From the human T2T-CHM13v2.0 reference genome, Homo sapiens: a stretch of DNA of 64,000 bases. The notes below the pieces were generated by a model, which saw nothing but the letters and a program-made list of their open reading frames with translations, ran no database searches and was not told the origin of the DNA. Shown here in pieces: positions 1-19,151 of the stretch. The stretch is taken from assembly GCF_009914755.1 (NCBI RefSeq), contig NC_060930.1. The stretch is one strand, 5' to 3'. The translations under genes were made by a program, and so were the position numbers. Numbering within the stretch: the first letter of the stretch is position 1; each line of letters begins with the position of its first letter.

Positions 1-835
1 TCCTTCCAACTCCTCATGACACATCTGTCCAATTTTATACTGCAAGTCAGTTAGAAAGTGAGATTGGAGGCTGAGTGCAGTGGCTCACGCCTATAGTCCC
101 AGCACTCTGGGAGGCCAAGGCAGGCAGATAGTTTAGGCCAGGAGTTCAAGAACCCCCTGGGCAACATAGTGAGAACCCATTTCTATTTAAAAATAAAAAT
201 AAACTGGGCATGGTGGCATGCACCTGTAATCCTAGCTACTCAGGAGGCTTCGGCAGGAGGGTGACTCGAGCCCAGGAGTTCGAGGTGATACTGAGCTATG
301 ACGGTGCAACTGCATTGCACCCTGGGTGACAGAGTGAGACCCTGTCTCTAAAAAACAAAAAATAAAAAATAAAAAGAAAGCGAACTTGGCTATCGAGCCG
401 ATTCTCATTTATTTACATCAATCCATGGGGAAAGTATATGATAGTATGAATAATCTAAAATGAAAGATAACTTAAAATGTATATTTGGCACTAGAATGTA
501 TTCCTAAATCCAACATATTTTATTTTATTGTTTGTTTTTGTTTTTGAGACAGAGTCTCGCTCTGTTGCCCAGGCTGGAGTGCAGTAGCATGATCTTGGCT
601 CACTGCAGCCTCCTCCCAGGTTCAAGCAATTCACCTCCCAAGTAGCAGTGGTTACAGACACGCACGCATCACCATGCCCAGCTAATTTTTGTATTTTTTG
701 TAGAAACAGGGTTTCACCATGTTGGCCAGGCTGGTCTCAATCTCCTGACCTCAGGTAATCCACCCACCTCAGCCTCCCAAAGTGCTGGGATTACAGGTGT
801 AAGCTACTGTGCCCAGCCAAATCCAACGTATTTTA

Positions 836-1453
<618 letters not shown>

Positions 1454-2060
1454 TGAGCCACCGTGCCCAGCGATAATACATATTTTTTAAAAAAAAACTT
1501 TATTGAGGGGTAATTTACATACACTAAATAGCACTCATTTTAAGCACGCAGTTTGATGTGTTTTGACAAACGTACAGGCCCCTGTAACCATGACCACAAT
1601 CAGGATACAGAACGTTTCCACCACCCCCAAAAGTTCCCGGGCCCTTTGCATTCAATCTCCCCATCCCACCCTCACTGGCCCCAGGCAACCACAGATCTGC
1701 TTTCTGTCACTGTAGATTAGGTTTGCCTGTTGTAGGATTTTATTTAAGTGGTGTCATACATCATGTGCTTATTTATGGGAATGATGATTTATTGGGTGCC
1801 TAGCATGTGACAGACACTTTATAAGTGTATAGTCATTTCCCTTTTAGAGACTAGTAAATCAAGACTCCAAAATGGAATAATTTACCAAGGTCACATGGCT
1901 AGTAAAAGGCAGAGTAGAATTCTAAGTTTATGTGTCCCCAAGTTTAGGGTCTTTCCTTACACACTGCATTGCTGGCCAGGCGCAGTGGTTCATGCCTGTA
2001 ATCTCGGCACTTTGGGAGGCTGAGGCAGGAGTATCATCTGAGGTTAGGAGTTCAACCTCA

Positions 2061-2325
<265 letters not shown>

Positions 2326-2594
2326 CTAACAGATGAATATGTTATAGGCTAATGTAAGGTCAAGGCATACAGTTTTATGAAAAGGCAGGTGTAGGGTACA
2401 GGGAACAACTAGAGAACAGACAAGAGGATACATAATAACATGATAAAGTAAATGGTAACCTAGCACCAAAACATGTTGTCTGCTTTATAGAGATACAAAT
2501 CACCACTGAGGGCCTAAGAAGAGAATGTTGGCTGCAGGTGTCACAGCAGGTTTCTCGGGAAGCGGGGAGGGGGCAGGATTATCTATCAACCTAG

Positions 2595-2934
<340 letters not shown>

Positions 2935-3618
2935 TGAGTAGCTGGAACTACTGGCGTGCTCCACCACGCCGGGCTAGCTTTTTTTTTTTTTTTGTATTTT
3001 TAGTAGAGATGGGGTTTCACCATATTGCCCAGGCTGGTCTCGAAATCCTGACCTCGTGATCCACCCGCCTCAGCCTCCCAAAGTGCTGGGATTACAGGTG
3101 TGAGCCACCGTACCTGGCCTCCCGGCTAACTTTTGTATGTTTAACAGAGTCAGAGTTTCACCATGTTGGCTAGGCTGGTCTTGAACTCCTGACCTCAAGT
3201 GATCCACCCGCCTCAGCCTGGGTTGGAAAAATCTGACTCAGAAGGGGCCAGGTCTTGGGTTTCCTTCTTTCCTGTCTGGTCAAACTCATCCTGGAATTTG
3301 AAGTTTAGAAAACCATAATTTAATAAGACAAACATAGACTTAATCCCCAAACCCAGGAACAGTAGCATGAGGACAGCTGGGAGTGTTAAGGAGTTTAAGA
3401 ACCAGTAAAAAGAAGAGCAGGCAGTTCTCTGCTTATAAAGGGTCATGGTTCAAAAGTTTGTTTGTGTATCATTTGCTTGAAATCCAACACATCTTCCTAT
3501 AGAAACCGCATTACAAATGGAGGTTGAGCTCTCAGCTCTGCCCTCAACTGCTGAGTTAACACATGAGGTGGCGAAATACTATACAATTGCTATGAAAACA
3601 ATACTTTGGGAATTCTAG

Positions 3619-4097
<479 letters not shown>

Positions 4098-4171
4098 TGA
4101 CCTCAGGTGATCTGCCTGCCTTGGCCTCCCAAAGTGCTGGGATTACAGGCATGAGCCATCACACCTGGCCT

Positions 4172-4590
4172 ACAAGTGGTTTTAATTCCAGATACTACAA
4201 AGTATAATTATTCAAGCCTACCCACAGCTGTGAGTATTGAAATTCTCACATTTCCAGTCATCTAGATAAGTAAAGGTCATTTTGTTTATTCAGTTATTTA
4301 TATCAGTATGGACTCATGGATATGTATTTTATTCTATGGGTTATAGAATCCATCACTATTGTTAATTATTTTGTTGCTCAAACTGCTTCAGCTTTAGCCA
4401 TTGGGAGCTCTTTCAGGTTGGTTCCTGAGTCCTTTCAATGAGCTCCCGTCCTTTTTTGAGCACTTTATCTCTACTACCATAAGCTACTCTGGGTTCCTTG
4501 TGTGTTTTCCCTTCCCAGCACTGAAATCAACCACTTCTCCAAGAAACCTTGGTCCTTTTATTGAAGAATGCTATTTAAAAGCCAAATCTG
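4172..4590 (-). mobile_element. Ancient L1M (L1MC/MD-like) 3' region, continuing at about 8850-8990
   Basis: tatatcagtatggactcatggatat...gccattgggagctctttcagg, resuming after the L1PB as aaatctgaactctagatgtgctc. Confidence 0.6.
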
Positions 4591-4808
4591 TGGTGGAATG
4601 GATAAGAAAAAATAATCCAATCATATATTGCTTACAAGAAATCCACCTAACTGGTAAAGACACTTATAGACTGAAGGTAGTAAAGGGGTGGAAAAAAGAT
4701 ATTCTATGCAAATGGAAACCAAAAGTGAGCAGGAGTAGCTATACTCAGATCAAGCAGACTTAAATCAACAACAGTAAAAAAAAAAAAAAAAATAGAGAAG
4801 GTCATTAT

Positions 4809-5944
4809 CACATGAAAAAATGCTCATCATCACTGGCCATCAGAGAAATGCAAATCAAAACCACAATGAGATACCATCTCACACCAGTTAGAATGGCGAT
4901 CATTAAAAAGTCAGGAAACAACAGGTGCTGGAGAGGATGTGGAGAAATAGGAACACTTTTACACTGTTGGTGGGACTGTAAACTAGTTCAACCATTGTGG
5001 AAGACAGTGTGGCGATTTCTCAAGGATCTAGAACTAGAAATACCATTTGACCCAGCCATCCCGTTACTGGGTATATACCCAAAGGATTATAAATCATGCT
5101 GCTATAAAGACACATGCACACGTATGTTTATTGTGGCACTATTCACAATAGCAAAGACTTGGAACCAACCCAAATGTCCATCAATGATAGACTGGATTAA
5201 GAAAATGTGGCACATATACACCATGGAATACTGTGCAGCCATAAAAAAGGATGAGTTCATGTCCTTTTGTAGGGACATGGATGAAGCTGGAAACCATCAT
5301 TCTCAGCAAACTATTGCAAGGACAGAAAAACAAACACCACATGTTCTCACTCACAGGTGGGAATTGAACAATGAGAACACTTGGACACAGGATGGGGAAC
5401 AGCACACACTGGGGCCTGTCGTGGGGTGGGGGGAGGGGGGAGGGATAGCATTAGGAGGAATAGCTAATGTAAATGACAAGTTAATGGGTGCACCACACCA
5501 ACATGGCACATGTATACATATGTGACAAACCTGCACGTGGTACACATGTACCCTCGAACTTAAAGTATAATAAAAATAAATAAATAAATAAAAATAAATA
5601 AATAGGCCGGGCATGGTGGCTCACGCCTGTAATCCCAGCACTTTGGGAGGCCGAGGTGGGTGGATCACGAGGTCAGGAGATCGAGACCATCCTGGCTAAC
5701 ACGGTGAAACCCTGTCTCTACTAAAAATACAAAAAATTAGCTGGGTGCGGTGGCAGGCGCCTGTATCCCAGCTACTTGGTGGCTGAGACAAGAGAATGGC
5801 AAGAACCCAGGAGGCGGAGCTTGCAGTGAGCCAAGATTGTGCCACTGCACTCCGGCCTGGGCAAAAGAGCAAGACTCCATCTCAAAAAATAAATAAATTA
5901 AATAAATAAATAAATAAAGTTAGTATGTATTTACACTTAAAAAA
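4809..5944 (+). mobile_element. 5'-truncated L1PA insertion (ORF2 C-terminus, 3'UTR, tail) with 11-bp TSD
   Basis: [33 protein letters not shown]...[13 protein letters not shown] is the L1PA ORF2 C-terminus; G-rich 3'UTR tract at 5420-5445; TSD aaggtcattat at 4798-4808 and 5945-5955. Confidence 0.93.
5605..5918 (+). mobile_element. AluY inserted in the L1PA A-rich tail
   Basis: AluY diagnostic ggatcacgaggtcaggagatcgagaccatcctggctaacacggtgaaacc. Confidence 0.9.
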
Positions 5945-6330
5945 AAGGTCATTATATAATGATAAACGGATCAATTCAACAAGACGATACAACAATCCTA
6001 AATATATATGCACCCAACATTGGAGCACCAAGATTCATCGAACAAGTACTACTTGACCTAAGAAAAGAGATAGACAGGAATACAATAATAGTGGGGGACT
6101 TCAGCACCCCCACTGACACACTAGGCAGATCATCGAGAAAGAAAATCTACAAAGAAGCACTGGATTTAAATTGGACTTTAGACCAAATGGACCTAAGAGA
6201 CATTTACAGAACATTCTACCCAACAACAATAGAATATACATTCTTCTCATCAGCACACAGAACATTCTCCAGGATAGACCTTATGTTGGGCCACAAAACA
6301 GGTCTCAATAAATTTATTTTTATTTTTTAA

Positions 6331-6561
<231 letters not shown>

Positions 6562-7913
6562 TGAACTCCTGACCTCGAGATCCACCCACCTCGGCTTCCC
6601 AAAGTGCTGGGAATACAGGTGTGAGCCACTGCGTCCAGACTATTTTTTTTTTTAAGAGATAGGGTCTTGCTTGTTGTCCAGGCTGGAGTGCAGTGGCACA
6701 TTCTTGGCTCACTGCAGCCTCGACCTCCTGGGCTTAAGCCCAAATAGCCAAATTAATCCTAAGCAAAAAGAACAAAGCTGGAAGTATCATATTATTTGAC
6801 TTCAAATTATACTACAAGGCTATGGTAACCAAAACAGCATGGTGCTGGTATAATAATAGGCACATAGATCAATGGAACAGAAAAAAGAACCCAGAAAAAA
6901 AGCCAAATACCTACAGTGAACTGATCTTTGCAAAGCTGACAAAAATTTACACTAGGGAAAGGACACCCTACTCAATACATGGTGCTGGGAAATGGGATAG
7001 CCATATGCTGAAGAATGAAACTGGACCCATACCTCTTACCATATACAAAATTAACTCAAGATGGATTAAAAACTTAAATGTAAGACCTGAAACTGCAAAA
7101 TCTCTAGAAGAAAATCTAGGAAAATTCTCGACATTGGCCTAAGCAAATAATTCATGAGTAAGAACTCAAAATAAAATGCAAAAATAGACAAATGAGACTT
7201 TATTAAATGAAAAAGCTTCTGCACAGCAAAAGATATAATCAACAGAGTGAACATACAACCTACAGAATGGGAGAACATATTTGCAGGCCGAGCGTAGTGG
7301 CTTATGCCTATAATCCCAGAACTTTGGGAGGCTGAGGTGGGATGATTGCCTGAGCCCAGGAGTTCAAGACTAGCCTGGCCAACATGGTAAGACCCCATTT
7401 CTACAAAAAAGTAAAATAAAAAAATTAGCCAGGTATGCTAGCATGCACTGGTGGTCCCAGCTACCCTGGAGGCTGAGGCGGGAGGATAATTTGAGTCTTG
7501 AAGTTTGAGGCTACAGTGAGCTATGATCATGCCACTACACTCCATGCATTCCAGCCCAGGTGACAGAGTGAGATCCTGAAAAAAAAAAAAAAGGAAGGAA
7601 GGAAGAAAATGTTCGCAAAGTATGCACCAACAAAGGACTAATATCCAGAATCTACAAGGAACTCCAACAATACAACAATAAAAAAAAAATAACCCCATTT
7701 AAATGTGGGCAAAACACATGAACATACACTTTTCAAAGAAGACATACAAATGGCCAACAAGCTTATGAAAAAATGCTCAGCATCACTAATCATCAGAGAG
7801 ATGCAAATTAAAACCATAATGAGGTATCACCTTATACCAGTCAAAATGACTATTATACATATTATATTTATAATATATATAAATAAAATGTACATACTAT
7901 GGAATACTACTCA

Positions 7914-8332
<419 letters not shown>

Positions 8333-8647
8333 CTAAATAATCTGTACACGTGGACACAGAGAGTGGAATAACAGACGCTGGAGACTTGGAAAGGTAGGAG
8401 GATGGGAGGAGGGTGAAGGATGAGAAATTACCTAATGGGTATAATGCACACTATTTGGGCAATGGTCAGGCTTAAAGCCCAGCTGTTCAATATATCCCTG
8501 CAACAAATATGAGCTTGTGCCCCCTAAATCCATTTTTTAAAAAATCTGAGATCGCCTGGGCGCGATGGCTCACGCCTGTAATCCCAGCCCTTTGGGAGGC
8601 CAGGGTAGGCAGATCACGAGGTCAGGAGATCGAGACCATCCTGGCTA

Positions 8648-8876
<229 letters not shown>

Positions 8877-9400
8877 CTACAAGGATATCATTGCTTCTAT
8901 GCCCTCTCAGTGGTCAGAGCTAGGAAAGATATGTATATGTATGAATCCATGCATAAACCTAGAAATATTTACTTCTGTATCTATTTATGATACTAGCTAA
9001 GGAGAATTTTATGAAGGTTGTTCCTCTGTCTTTATAACCTTGTATATAATAGGGTTATACATAAATATTTGTTGAATTGAATTAAATTAATTAGAAAATT
9101 AGAGGAATAAAGTGATGTTGAAATGTATTTGAGGATTGAAAGAGAGAGCAAGATAAATGAATCTCTGTCAGCTAGTGACACTGAAGAGGTCTGGTCTTGG
9201 ATTCAGAAATCAGGGTTCGAAAACTAGCTCTTGCCACTGAGCCTCAGGACCTTGAATAAGTTGCTTAACCTCAGTGGGCTTAAGTTTCCCATCTATAAGA
9301 AGGAATAACTGGGCTAAGTGATCCTTAAGATTCCTTTCAGCTTGGGAACATGAATCTGATTACATTGTTCACTTGCTTAAAGCATTTTCTTTTTTTTTAG

Positions 9401-9604
<204 letters not shown>

Positions 9605-10878
9605 TGATCTGCCCACCGGGGCCTCTCAAAGTGCTGGGATTACAGGTGTGAGCCACCACGCCCGGCCAGGGATTTGATTATTAAGATCAGAAGAGGAGAA
9701 TGGATTGATGGAAAACTTGCAGCCTCTATCGCAATATATAAAATGGAAGCATTTTTACAGAATAGCATTTACTCTTAATACGAGAATATTGCATCTTTCT
9801 TGTATTCCAGTCTAGTCTGTTCCATTCTATTCCTTTTTGACCTGCTTAACTGATTTCACAATACTCTAATGGATGAATTACAACCCTTACCACTGCCCCA
9901 GAGAAAAGTGCAAACTCAGCACAGCAGTGGGGGCTGGGGGTGATGAGAGGGGCGGGTGGCGGAGGGGAGTCCCCTTCAAGAAATGGCAGCTGCTCACTCT
10001 CCAGCCTCCCCTCCAGCTGCTACCCACTAGCACTGCTGCAACCCAACTGAGCTCCCGCTTTCTGCAACACATCATCCTGTTCCACACCACCTTGTCTTTG
10101 CACTTGCCGTGCCCTTCATCTGGAATGCCTTCTGCCCTAACCCTGACCCTTGACCCACCCTCCACCCCACAACAATTGGACTTGCAGACCATCTTCATTT
10201 ACATTTTTCAAAACCCAGCTTGTGTGTCACCTCTCCAAAGAAGGCTTTCTTACCAGTAAGTCACCTACAAAGAGTTAACCTACCCCTTGGTACCCCCAAA
10301 CCCCTTATTATTCCGTATCACAATTAATGTACTTAGCCGTCAGCTTCCCCTCCTACCTTGTGAGCACCTCAAGGGCAGGAACACAGGGCCTCAGTTTCCT
10401 TATATGTAAAACAGGAAAAACAATATGATTTATTTCACTGCCTTGAAAAATAAATTGGTTCATTCATGTAAAGCATTTGGAGCAGTACCTGGTAAACACT
10501 CAATCAGTGTTAGCTCTGATGGCTTATCTACGTATTTCTCTCCACTAAACAGTAAGCACCTGGAGGGAAAATCTTCCCCAGTGCTTTTTGTCCAGGTCTT
10601 GCTCACAGTAGCTCTCCATAAGTGTTGATTTTCATTGGCAAGTCACCTGGAAATGCAGACCAGTATCACCTCCGTACCTGGCTAGTCTATAAAATCGTAA
10701 TAATGAGCAGGTCATTGAACATCTAGCCAAGTGTAACCTACTCAGAAATAGATGGCCCAAGGAAATCAAGCCTGCCACATCTGCTTAAACTATTTAAGGT
10801 CAGGCACAGTAGCTCACGCCTGTGATCCCAGCATTTTGGGAGGCTGAGTGGGGAGGATCACTTAAGGCCAGAAGTTCA

Positions 10879-11113
<235 letters not shown>

Positions 11114-13687
11114 TCAACAAATATGGCAAAGAGAAACTTGTGGATTTATGTTTATTAAGACTGCCCACAATTCTTTGACCAAGTTTGAACTACCCTGAAG
11201 TTAGGAGAAATGTTTCATTATGAATAAGGACTTGGCTCTGTCGTGGGAAACAGAGAGTAGGGTTAGTGGGTTCTTCTCTGCTTAATGGTGGGGTCTCCCG
11301 GAGGATGAGAGCTGGGTCCCCCAAACCTCTGCATCACCCAGGACCAGTTGCAGAGAACCAGAGACTACTCCAGGTATTTGCAGCAGAAGGGGATTTAATA
11401 CAGGGACTTGCTTCCTTCAACATCCTTGGAAGGAGGGGTATAGGAGGCTTCATGCTTGGCCTTTGGGAGTAACTCCTGAAAGAACACCACTGAACTGGTC
11501 CCCCAGGAGAGCTGCTGCCACTGCTCCTGACAGGAAGACAGTGATCAGGAAGCTACAGCTGCTCACTAAGCTAGTGATCAAACACTGGAATGTTGCTGCA
11601 GAGATCCAGGGAGTCTCCATGACCTTACTTGCCAGCAGCAAAGTCAAAGGCAGCAGGAAGATGGGCTCTGCCTCACTTCCACCTTCCCAAGTTCACTCTC
11701 CACATGCAGCCTCCAAGACTGTATCTGCCAAGGCATCCGGAATGTTGGTTTTAGCTTTCTGCTCTGATGCCCAGGAAGGTACATTAGAGGGATTGAAAGG
11801 CATACTGGTCCACCTTGTCTTCCATACCCTCCTCACCATGCTCCAGTCACTGGCTTTCTTTTTTTTTTTTTGAGACGGAGTTTCACTCTTGTCACCCAGG
11901 CTGGAGTGCAATGGTGCTATCTTGGCTGCCTGCAACTTCCGCGTCCCAGATTCAAGAGACTCTCCTGCCTCAGCCTCCTGAGTAGCTGGGATTACAGGCA
12001 CCTGCCACCATGCCTGGCTAATTTTTGTATTTTTAGTAGAGATGGGGTTTCACCGCGTTGGCCAAGGCTGGTTTTGAACTCCTGACCTCAGATGATCTGC
12101 CCGCCTCGGCCTCCCAGAGGGCTGGGATTAGAGGTGTGAACCACCGCACCCCAGCCCAGTCACTGGCTTCCTGACTGTTCTTTGAACACCCCAGACTTGC
12201 TCCCCCTGCTTGGAACTTTGCACTTGCTCTTCGTTTCAAATGTCCCACAGATCTTCTCAGTCATGTTAAGCATCACCTCCCCAGAGAGACATCCTTTGTC
12301 CAAAGGCCTCCTGGCTGCCCATCTCCATTGAGTCATGAGCCTATTCCTGAGCCAGTTAATCACGAGAGGACAGAATTACTAGGACTGGCAAAGTCTTGTT
12401 ATTTGGGACCAAACTCTCTATTATACTACCTTGTCTTATTCTCTTCCCAGCACCTATCATAGCTGAAATGATTATACAGATGTGCAAGTTTCGTTGCTTA
12501 TCATCTGTCTTCCCTCCTCAGAATGTAAGTTTCGTGAGAGCAGGAATTTATCTGTTTTTTTCACCTTTGTCACTTCAATATCTAGAACAGGGTCTGATAT
12601 ATTTAGTATAAACTCAATAAAGATTCGTTGAATGAATCACTGACAAATAGAGATAACATAGCACTTTGGACTTCCTCTCTTACCTGATTTATCACATAGT
12701 ACTGTAATGACTTCCTGACACGCTCCCTTCTTGATTCAGGGCCAAGACTGCATTTTGCTTTTTATTTTTGCCTCACTTAGCACAATGCCTGGCATATATT
12801 TGACAAGCCATATGTTTTGATGAATGAATAAATTTTGATGAATGAAAGAAGGTGTGAACGCATATGTTTGGGAAACATAGGTGTGCTCCAGGATATCAGA
12901 AGTTGGAGAAGGTGGATGGTTATTGTACACAGGTGATCAAATGCTTAATAAAATAATCCCAATCAGGCCAAAAAATGCAAGAGCTCCTCAGATCAAAGGG
13001 TGGGGCGGGTGGGGCCAGGCTGAGGTCCGGGTAGCAGGGAGGAGGCTGGAGAGGAAGATGCCGGGAGCTGGGAAATCCTTGAAAAGGAGCTGCAAAATGT
13101 TTATTTGCTGAATTAACAGGACTCTTAATTGCTTGGGCAAATTTTATTTTTCTTTTCTTGTTTCTTTTTTTTTTTTTTAGAGACAGGGTCTCACCACGTT
13201 GCCCTGTAGTGACCAGCTCAGGCTGGTCTTGAGCTCCTGGACTCAAGTGATCCTCCTGCCTCGGCCCCCCAAAATGTTGGGATTACAGGCATGAGCCACT
13301 GTGCCCAGCCACTGGGACACTTTTACAAGTACTTTCTCCCAATGCCTCTGAAAAGAATCCTTTATTTCCCCCAAAACTCTGTTTGAGAAGCAGGCTGACT
13401 TCAAATCCATTCTCCATCACATCATTCATAAAAGACATCTTGTCAGTGCCACGCTGTCAGGAGGAGAAACCAAACATACACTTTAAATAAGATGCCCCTC
13501 ACGGGATACATTTCTGTATCCTTGGTAAGAGGCAGAAGGAGATTTTAAAAACATGTAAAGTCTGAAAAAATTTTGAGTTTTGTGTATCTTTAATATGAAA
13601 GTTATTTCTGATAATCACCAAGTAATTATTTCTTTTTAAGCCCTTCCAGTACAGAAGCTACCTAGTAATTATTTAACTCAGTCTTTT

Positions 13688-14075
13688 ACATATACACAAG
13701 CACACACATACACACATACACAAGCACACACATACAAACATACACACAGACACAACATACACAAATACACACTCATATTCACATACACAAACACAGATAC
13801 CCAAACATACACACAGACACAACATATACAAATACACGCACATACTCACATACACAAACACAGACATACAAACATACACAAATACACACACATATTCACA
13901 TACACATACACAAACATAGATACCCAAACATACACACATAGACACAACAGACACAAATACAAACACGCACATGCACAAACCCAGATTACAAACATACACA
14001 CAGACCCAAATGCATACATTCACACGCACAACACAGATGCACAGACACACACAATCATACACCAAACACACATGC
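13688..14075. repeat. Degenerate (CA)n/(CATA)n low-complexity tract, about 390 bp
   Basis: Directly visible; it generates the spurious C/V-rich ORF. Confidence 0.92.
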
Positions 14076-14089
14076 ATAAAACCCTTGTT

Positions 14090-14646
<557 letters not shown>

Positions 14647-14845
14647 AATCCCTTGTTAATGAAGCAAAATATGATCAGAGGCATTTGTAAAAACTATTTC
14701 CTAGGGAATAAAATCATCATTTATTCAGGGGAAAAAAGTAAGCATTTAAATGAGTCCCTCTTTTACTAATAGCTGGTGAGAGGACAACATGGGAGGGAGG
14801 CTGGGAGCGCTTCCCTGCGCATCTTCCCTGTGTGTCTGGGAGTCA

Positions 14846-15136
<291 letters not shown>

Positions 15137-18100
15137 TTAGCCAGGCGTGGTGGCATGCGCCTGTAGTCCCAGCTAATCAGGTGGCTGAAGCGGGATCACT
15201 TGAGTCTGGTGCCACTGCACTCCAGCTTGGGTGACACAGCAAAAACATTTTAAAAATTAAAAAAAAAAAAAAGACTGAAGAAAGGTAGCAATCCATGTGG
15301 GGAGGACTAGGGGAAAGGAGGCCAGGGAAATGGAGAGTGAAAGCTGTGAGGTGAAAAGGAGTAAACCTCATGGAAACATTGATACATCTTGAACCAATGG
15401 GGGGAAACTGACAGAGAATGAAGTTTATTCTCCATGGGACACTATTGCTAGAAATGACTTGGAGTTAAAGGCAGCCACAGCCAGGTGGGAAAGTTGCTGA
15501 AGAAATATTTGGTGGTTAGACACCTAAGAGCCGAGGCCGTGGGAAAGCAGAGACCCTCTTCGATCTGGGGAAGTTCCATGCCTGCTTGCTTCCTCTTGAC
15601 ACTATCGTCCCCTGCACACAGCCCCTCCTGTCACCCTAGGTGGAAATGACTGAAAAAAGCTTACAGATCTGCTATCCCAGGGGTACCTGCACCTTCTCAG
15701 GCTCCCAACTTTCCTTTTCCTCCCTCCTTTCTTTTTTCTTTTTCTTTTCTTCCTTTTCTTTTTTTTTTTTTGAGACAGGGTCTCACTGTCACCCAGGCGG
15801 AGTGCAGTGGCGCAATCTTGGCTCAATGCAACCTCTGCCTCCTAGGCTCAAGTGATCCGCCCACTTCAGACTTCCAAGTAGTGGGGATACAGGCGCGCAC
15901 CACCAGCCAAACCATGTTTGGCTAATTTTAATTTTTATTTTTATTTTTTTGAGACAAAGTCTTGCCCTGTCACCCACACTGGAGTGCAGTGGAGTGATCT
16001 CAGCTCACTGCACCCTCCCGGGTTCCAACGATTTTCCTGCCTCAGGCTCCCGAGTAGCTGGGCTACAGGCGCCCAGCACCACGCCCAGCTAATTTTTGTA
16101 TTTTTTGGTAGAGACGGGGTTTTGCCATGTTGGCCATGTTGGTCTCGAACTCCTGAACTCAAATGATCTGCCCGAACTCAAAGTGCTGGGATTACAGGCT
16201 TGGCATGAGCCACCGCGCCCGGCCTAATTTTTAAATTTTTTGTAGAGATGAAGTCTTACTGTATTGCCCAGGCTGGTCTTGAACACCTGGGCTCAAGCCA
16301 TCCTCCCGCCTCAGCTTCCCAAAGTGCTAGGATTACAGGCGTGAGCCACTGCACCCAGCCTTCTTCCCCTCCTTTCTAAGGGCTAAATCATGCTATCTTC
16401 CAGGACTCGGCTTAAAGGTTTTCTCCTCCAGGAAGACTTCCCTGACTCTCCACCTCCAAGGCCCCCTCCTGCGGCCCCCAGTGCTTCCTCTAGCATCTAT
16501 CGTCCTGGGTCCAGATAGCCTAATTGGCTTGGCCCCTCGCTAGGCTGGGAGCCCCTTGGAATGTGGGCTGTGTCTTGCTTCCCCAGGTATTCCTCAATTC
16601 CTAATTCACGGTCTGCAACACAGTAATAAGCTGTATGAAGAAAAGTAGGACGGAAGGCTGGGGGATCTTCACGGACTGAAAGTGTCAGGGGTGGGTGACA
16701 GCCCTTAAGAGTGTTGCTCTTCCCGGGGACACCTGCACTGTTAGAAAGACTTGTTTTCCACTTGGTGAGATGGAGCTGGGAGATGAGGTGGTGATTCTAG
16801 TGGCAGCAGTTGGTGTAAGGGAACAGGACTGGGAAAGGAGGAAAGGAATAAGGGGCTGAAATCGTATCCTTTGTCGGTATTTTCCTACCTGTGTCTAGAT
16901 TCTTCACCAGAGACTGCAGAATTGAATGAGAGAAGAAAGGAGTAGGAACAGGAGGCTGAAAGAACAGTAATAATTTGCCTCTCATAGGCCGGGCGTGGCG
17001 ACTCATGCCTGTAATCTCAACACTTTGGGCAGATCACCTGAGGTCAGGAGTTCAAGACCAGCCTGGCCAACTTGGTGAAACCCCATCTCTACTAAAAATA
17101 CAAAAATTAGCCCAGAGTGGTGGTGGGCACCTGTAGTCCCAGCTACTCAGGTGGATGAGGTAGGAGAATCGCTTGAACTCAGGAGGCGGAGGTTGCACTA
17201 AGCCACAATGGTGCCACTGCACTTCAGCCTGGGCGACAGAGACTCTGTCTCTAAAACAAAAACAAAACTGAGAGTCTATGTCCATTCATTCCACAAATCT
17301 TTATCAAGCACCTGCTACATGCTGGGCATTGAACTAGGTGCTGGGAAAACATCAGTGAAGTAAATATGGTGCCCACATTTTTGGAGGGTGGTGGGAGAGG
17401 CAACTGTATAGAGTAAGTCAGGTGATAGTACATGTTATGAAGAAATGTAGCACAGTAAGTGGGAAAGAGACACATGGGATGGGGTAGGGAGGGGCTGTTT
17501 CACACCCATTGGTAGGGAAGGCCTCTCTGATGCCTTCTGAGCAAGAAAGGAAGCTGGTGAATAGCTGGAGTAAGAATATTCTAGGCGGAAGGCACAGTGA
17601 GTGCAAAGGCCCCGAGGCTGGAGTGTGCTGTCTGTGTTAGGGTGAACGAAAGGAAGACAGCATGGCTGCAGCAGAGGGAGGCGGAGAGAACAAAATGGTT
17701 AGAAAGCAGATCAGAGGGTGACAAGGGACTGGGTTATTTAGCAGCTGGCATGCCGTGGTAAAGACTTGGGATTTCTACCCTCAGTGTGGTGGGGAGCCCT
17801 GGCAGGTGAGGACCGGAGTAGAGGAGGGACTTGATCTGACTCAGGTTTCAACAGGAGCCCTCTGGTGGCTGGGCGGAGAACTGACTGTAAAGGGAACACA
17901 GTGGCATGGGGAGGCCAGTCAGGAACTGCTACTGCAATAGCCTGGGCAAGAGATGGTGATGGCCTGGGCCAGGGAGGTGGCAGGGGAGGTTATATGAAGT
18001 GGTTGGATATGGATCTATATTGAAGGGTGGGCTGATGGGGAGTGGTGAGGAGTTAGATTCAGGCTGAGAGAAAGAGAGGACCTAAGGATGCCTGCTGGGT

Positions 18101-18204
18101 CTTTAACTTGAGCAATGGAAGGGTAGAGGTGGCAAAGACTGGGGGTTAGGGCAAGGTATACGGGAGAAAATCAGGAGTGTGGATTGGGATACACTCCCCA
18201 ATTT

Positions 18205-18243
<39 letters not shown>

Positions 18244-18248
18244 TTTGA

Positions 18249-18671
<423 letters not shown>

Positions 18672-18923
18672 TGATTGCACGACTGCATTCCAGCCTGGGT
18701 GACAGAGTGCAACCCTGTCTCTAAAAATCAAATAAAAGTAGAGACATCCTGAGTGAGACCCTGAGAGAATCTGAGTCAGAGAACCAGGTGAGCTGTGTCT
18801 GGACTCCTGACCGCAGAAACTAAGACAGAATAAATGTACTGTCTTAAGCTGCTAATTTTGGGGTAATTTGTTATGCAGTAATAGATAACTAGTACATGTC
18901 ACATCTCTACAAAAATGTCTCTA

Positions 18924-19151
<228 letters not shown>

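Noticed and set aside
4812-5525. 237-aa ORF
   Set aside because: L1PA ORF2 C-terminal fragment frameshifting into the 3'UTR; not a gene.
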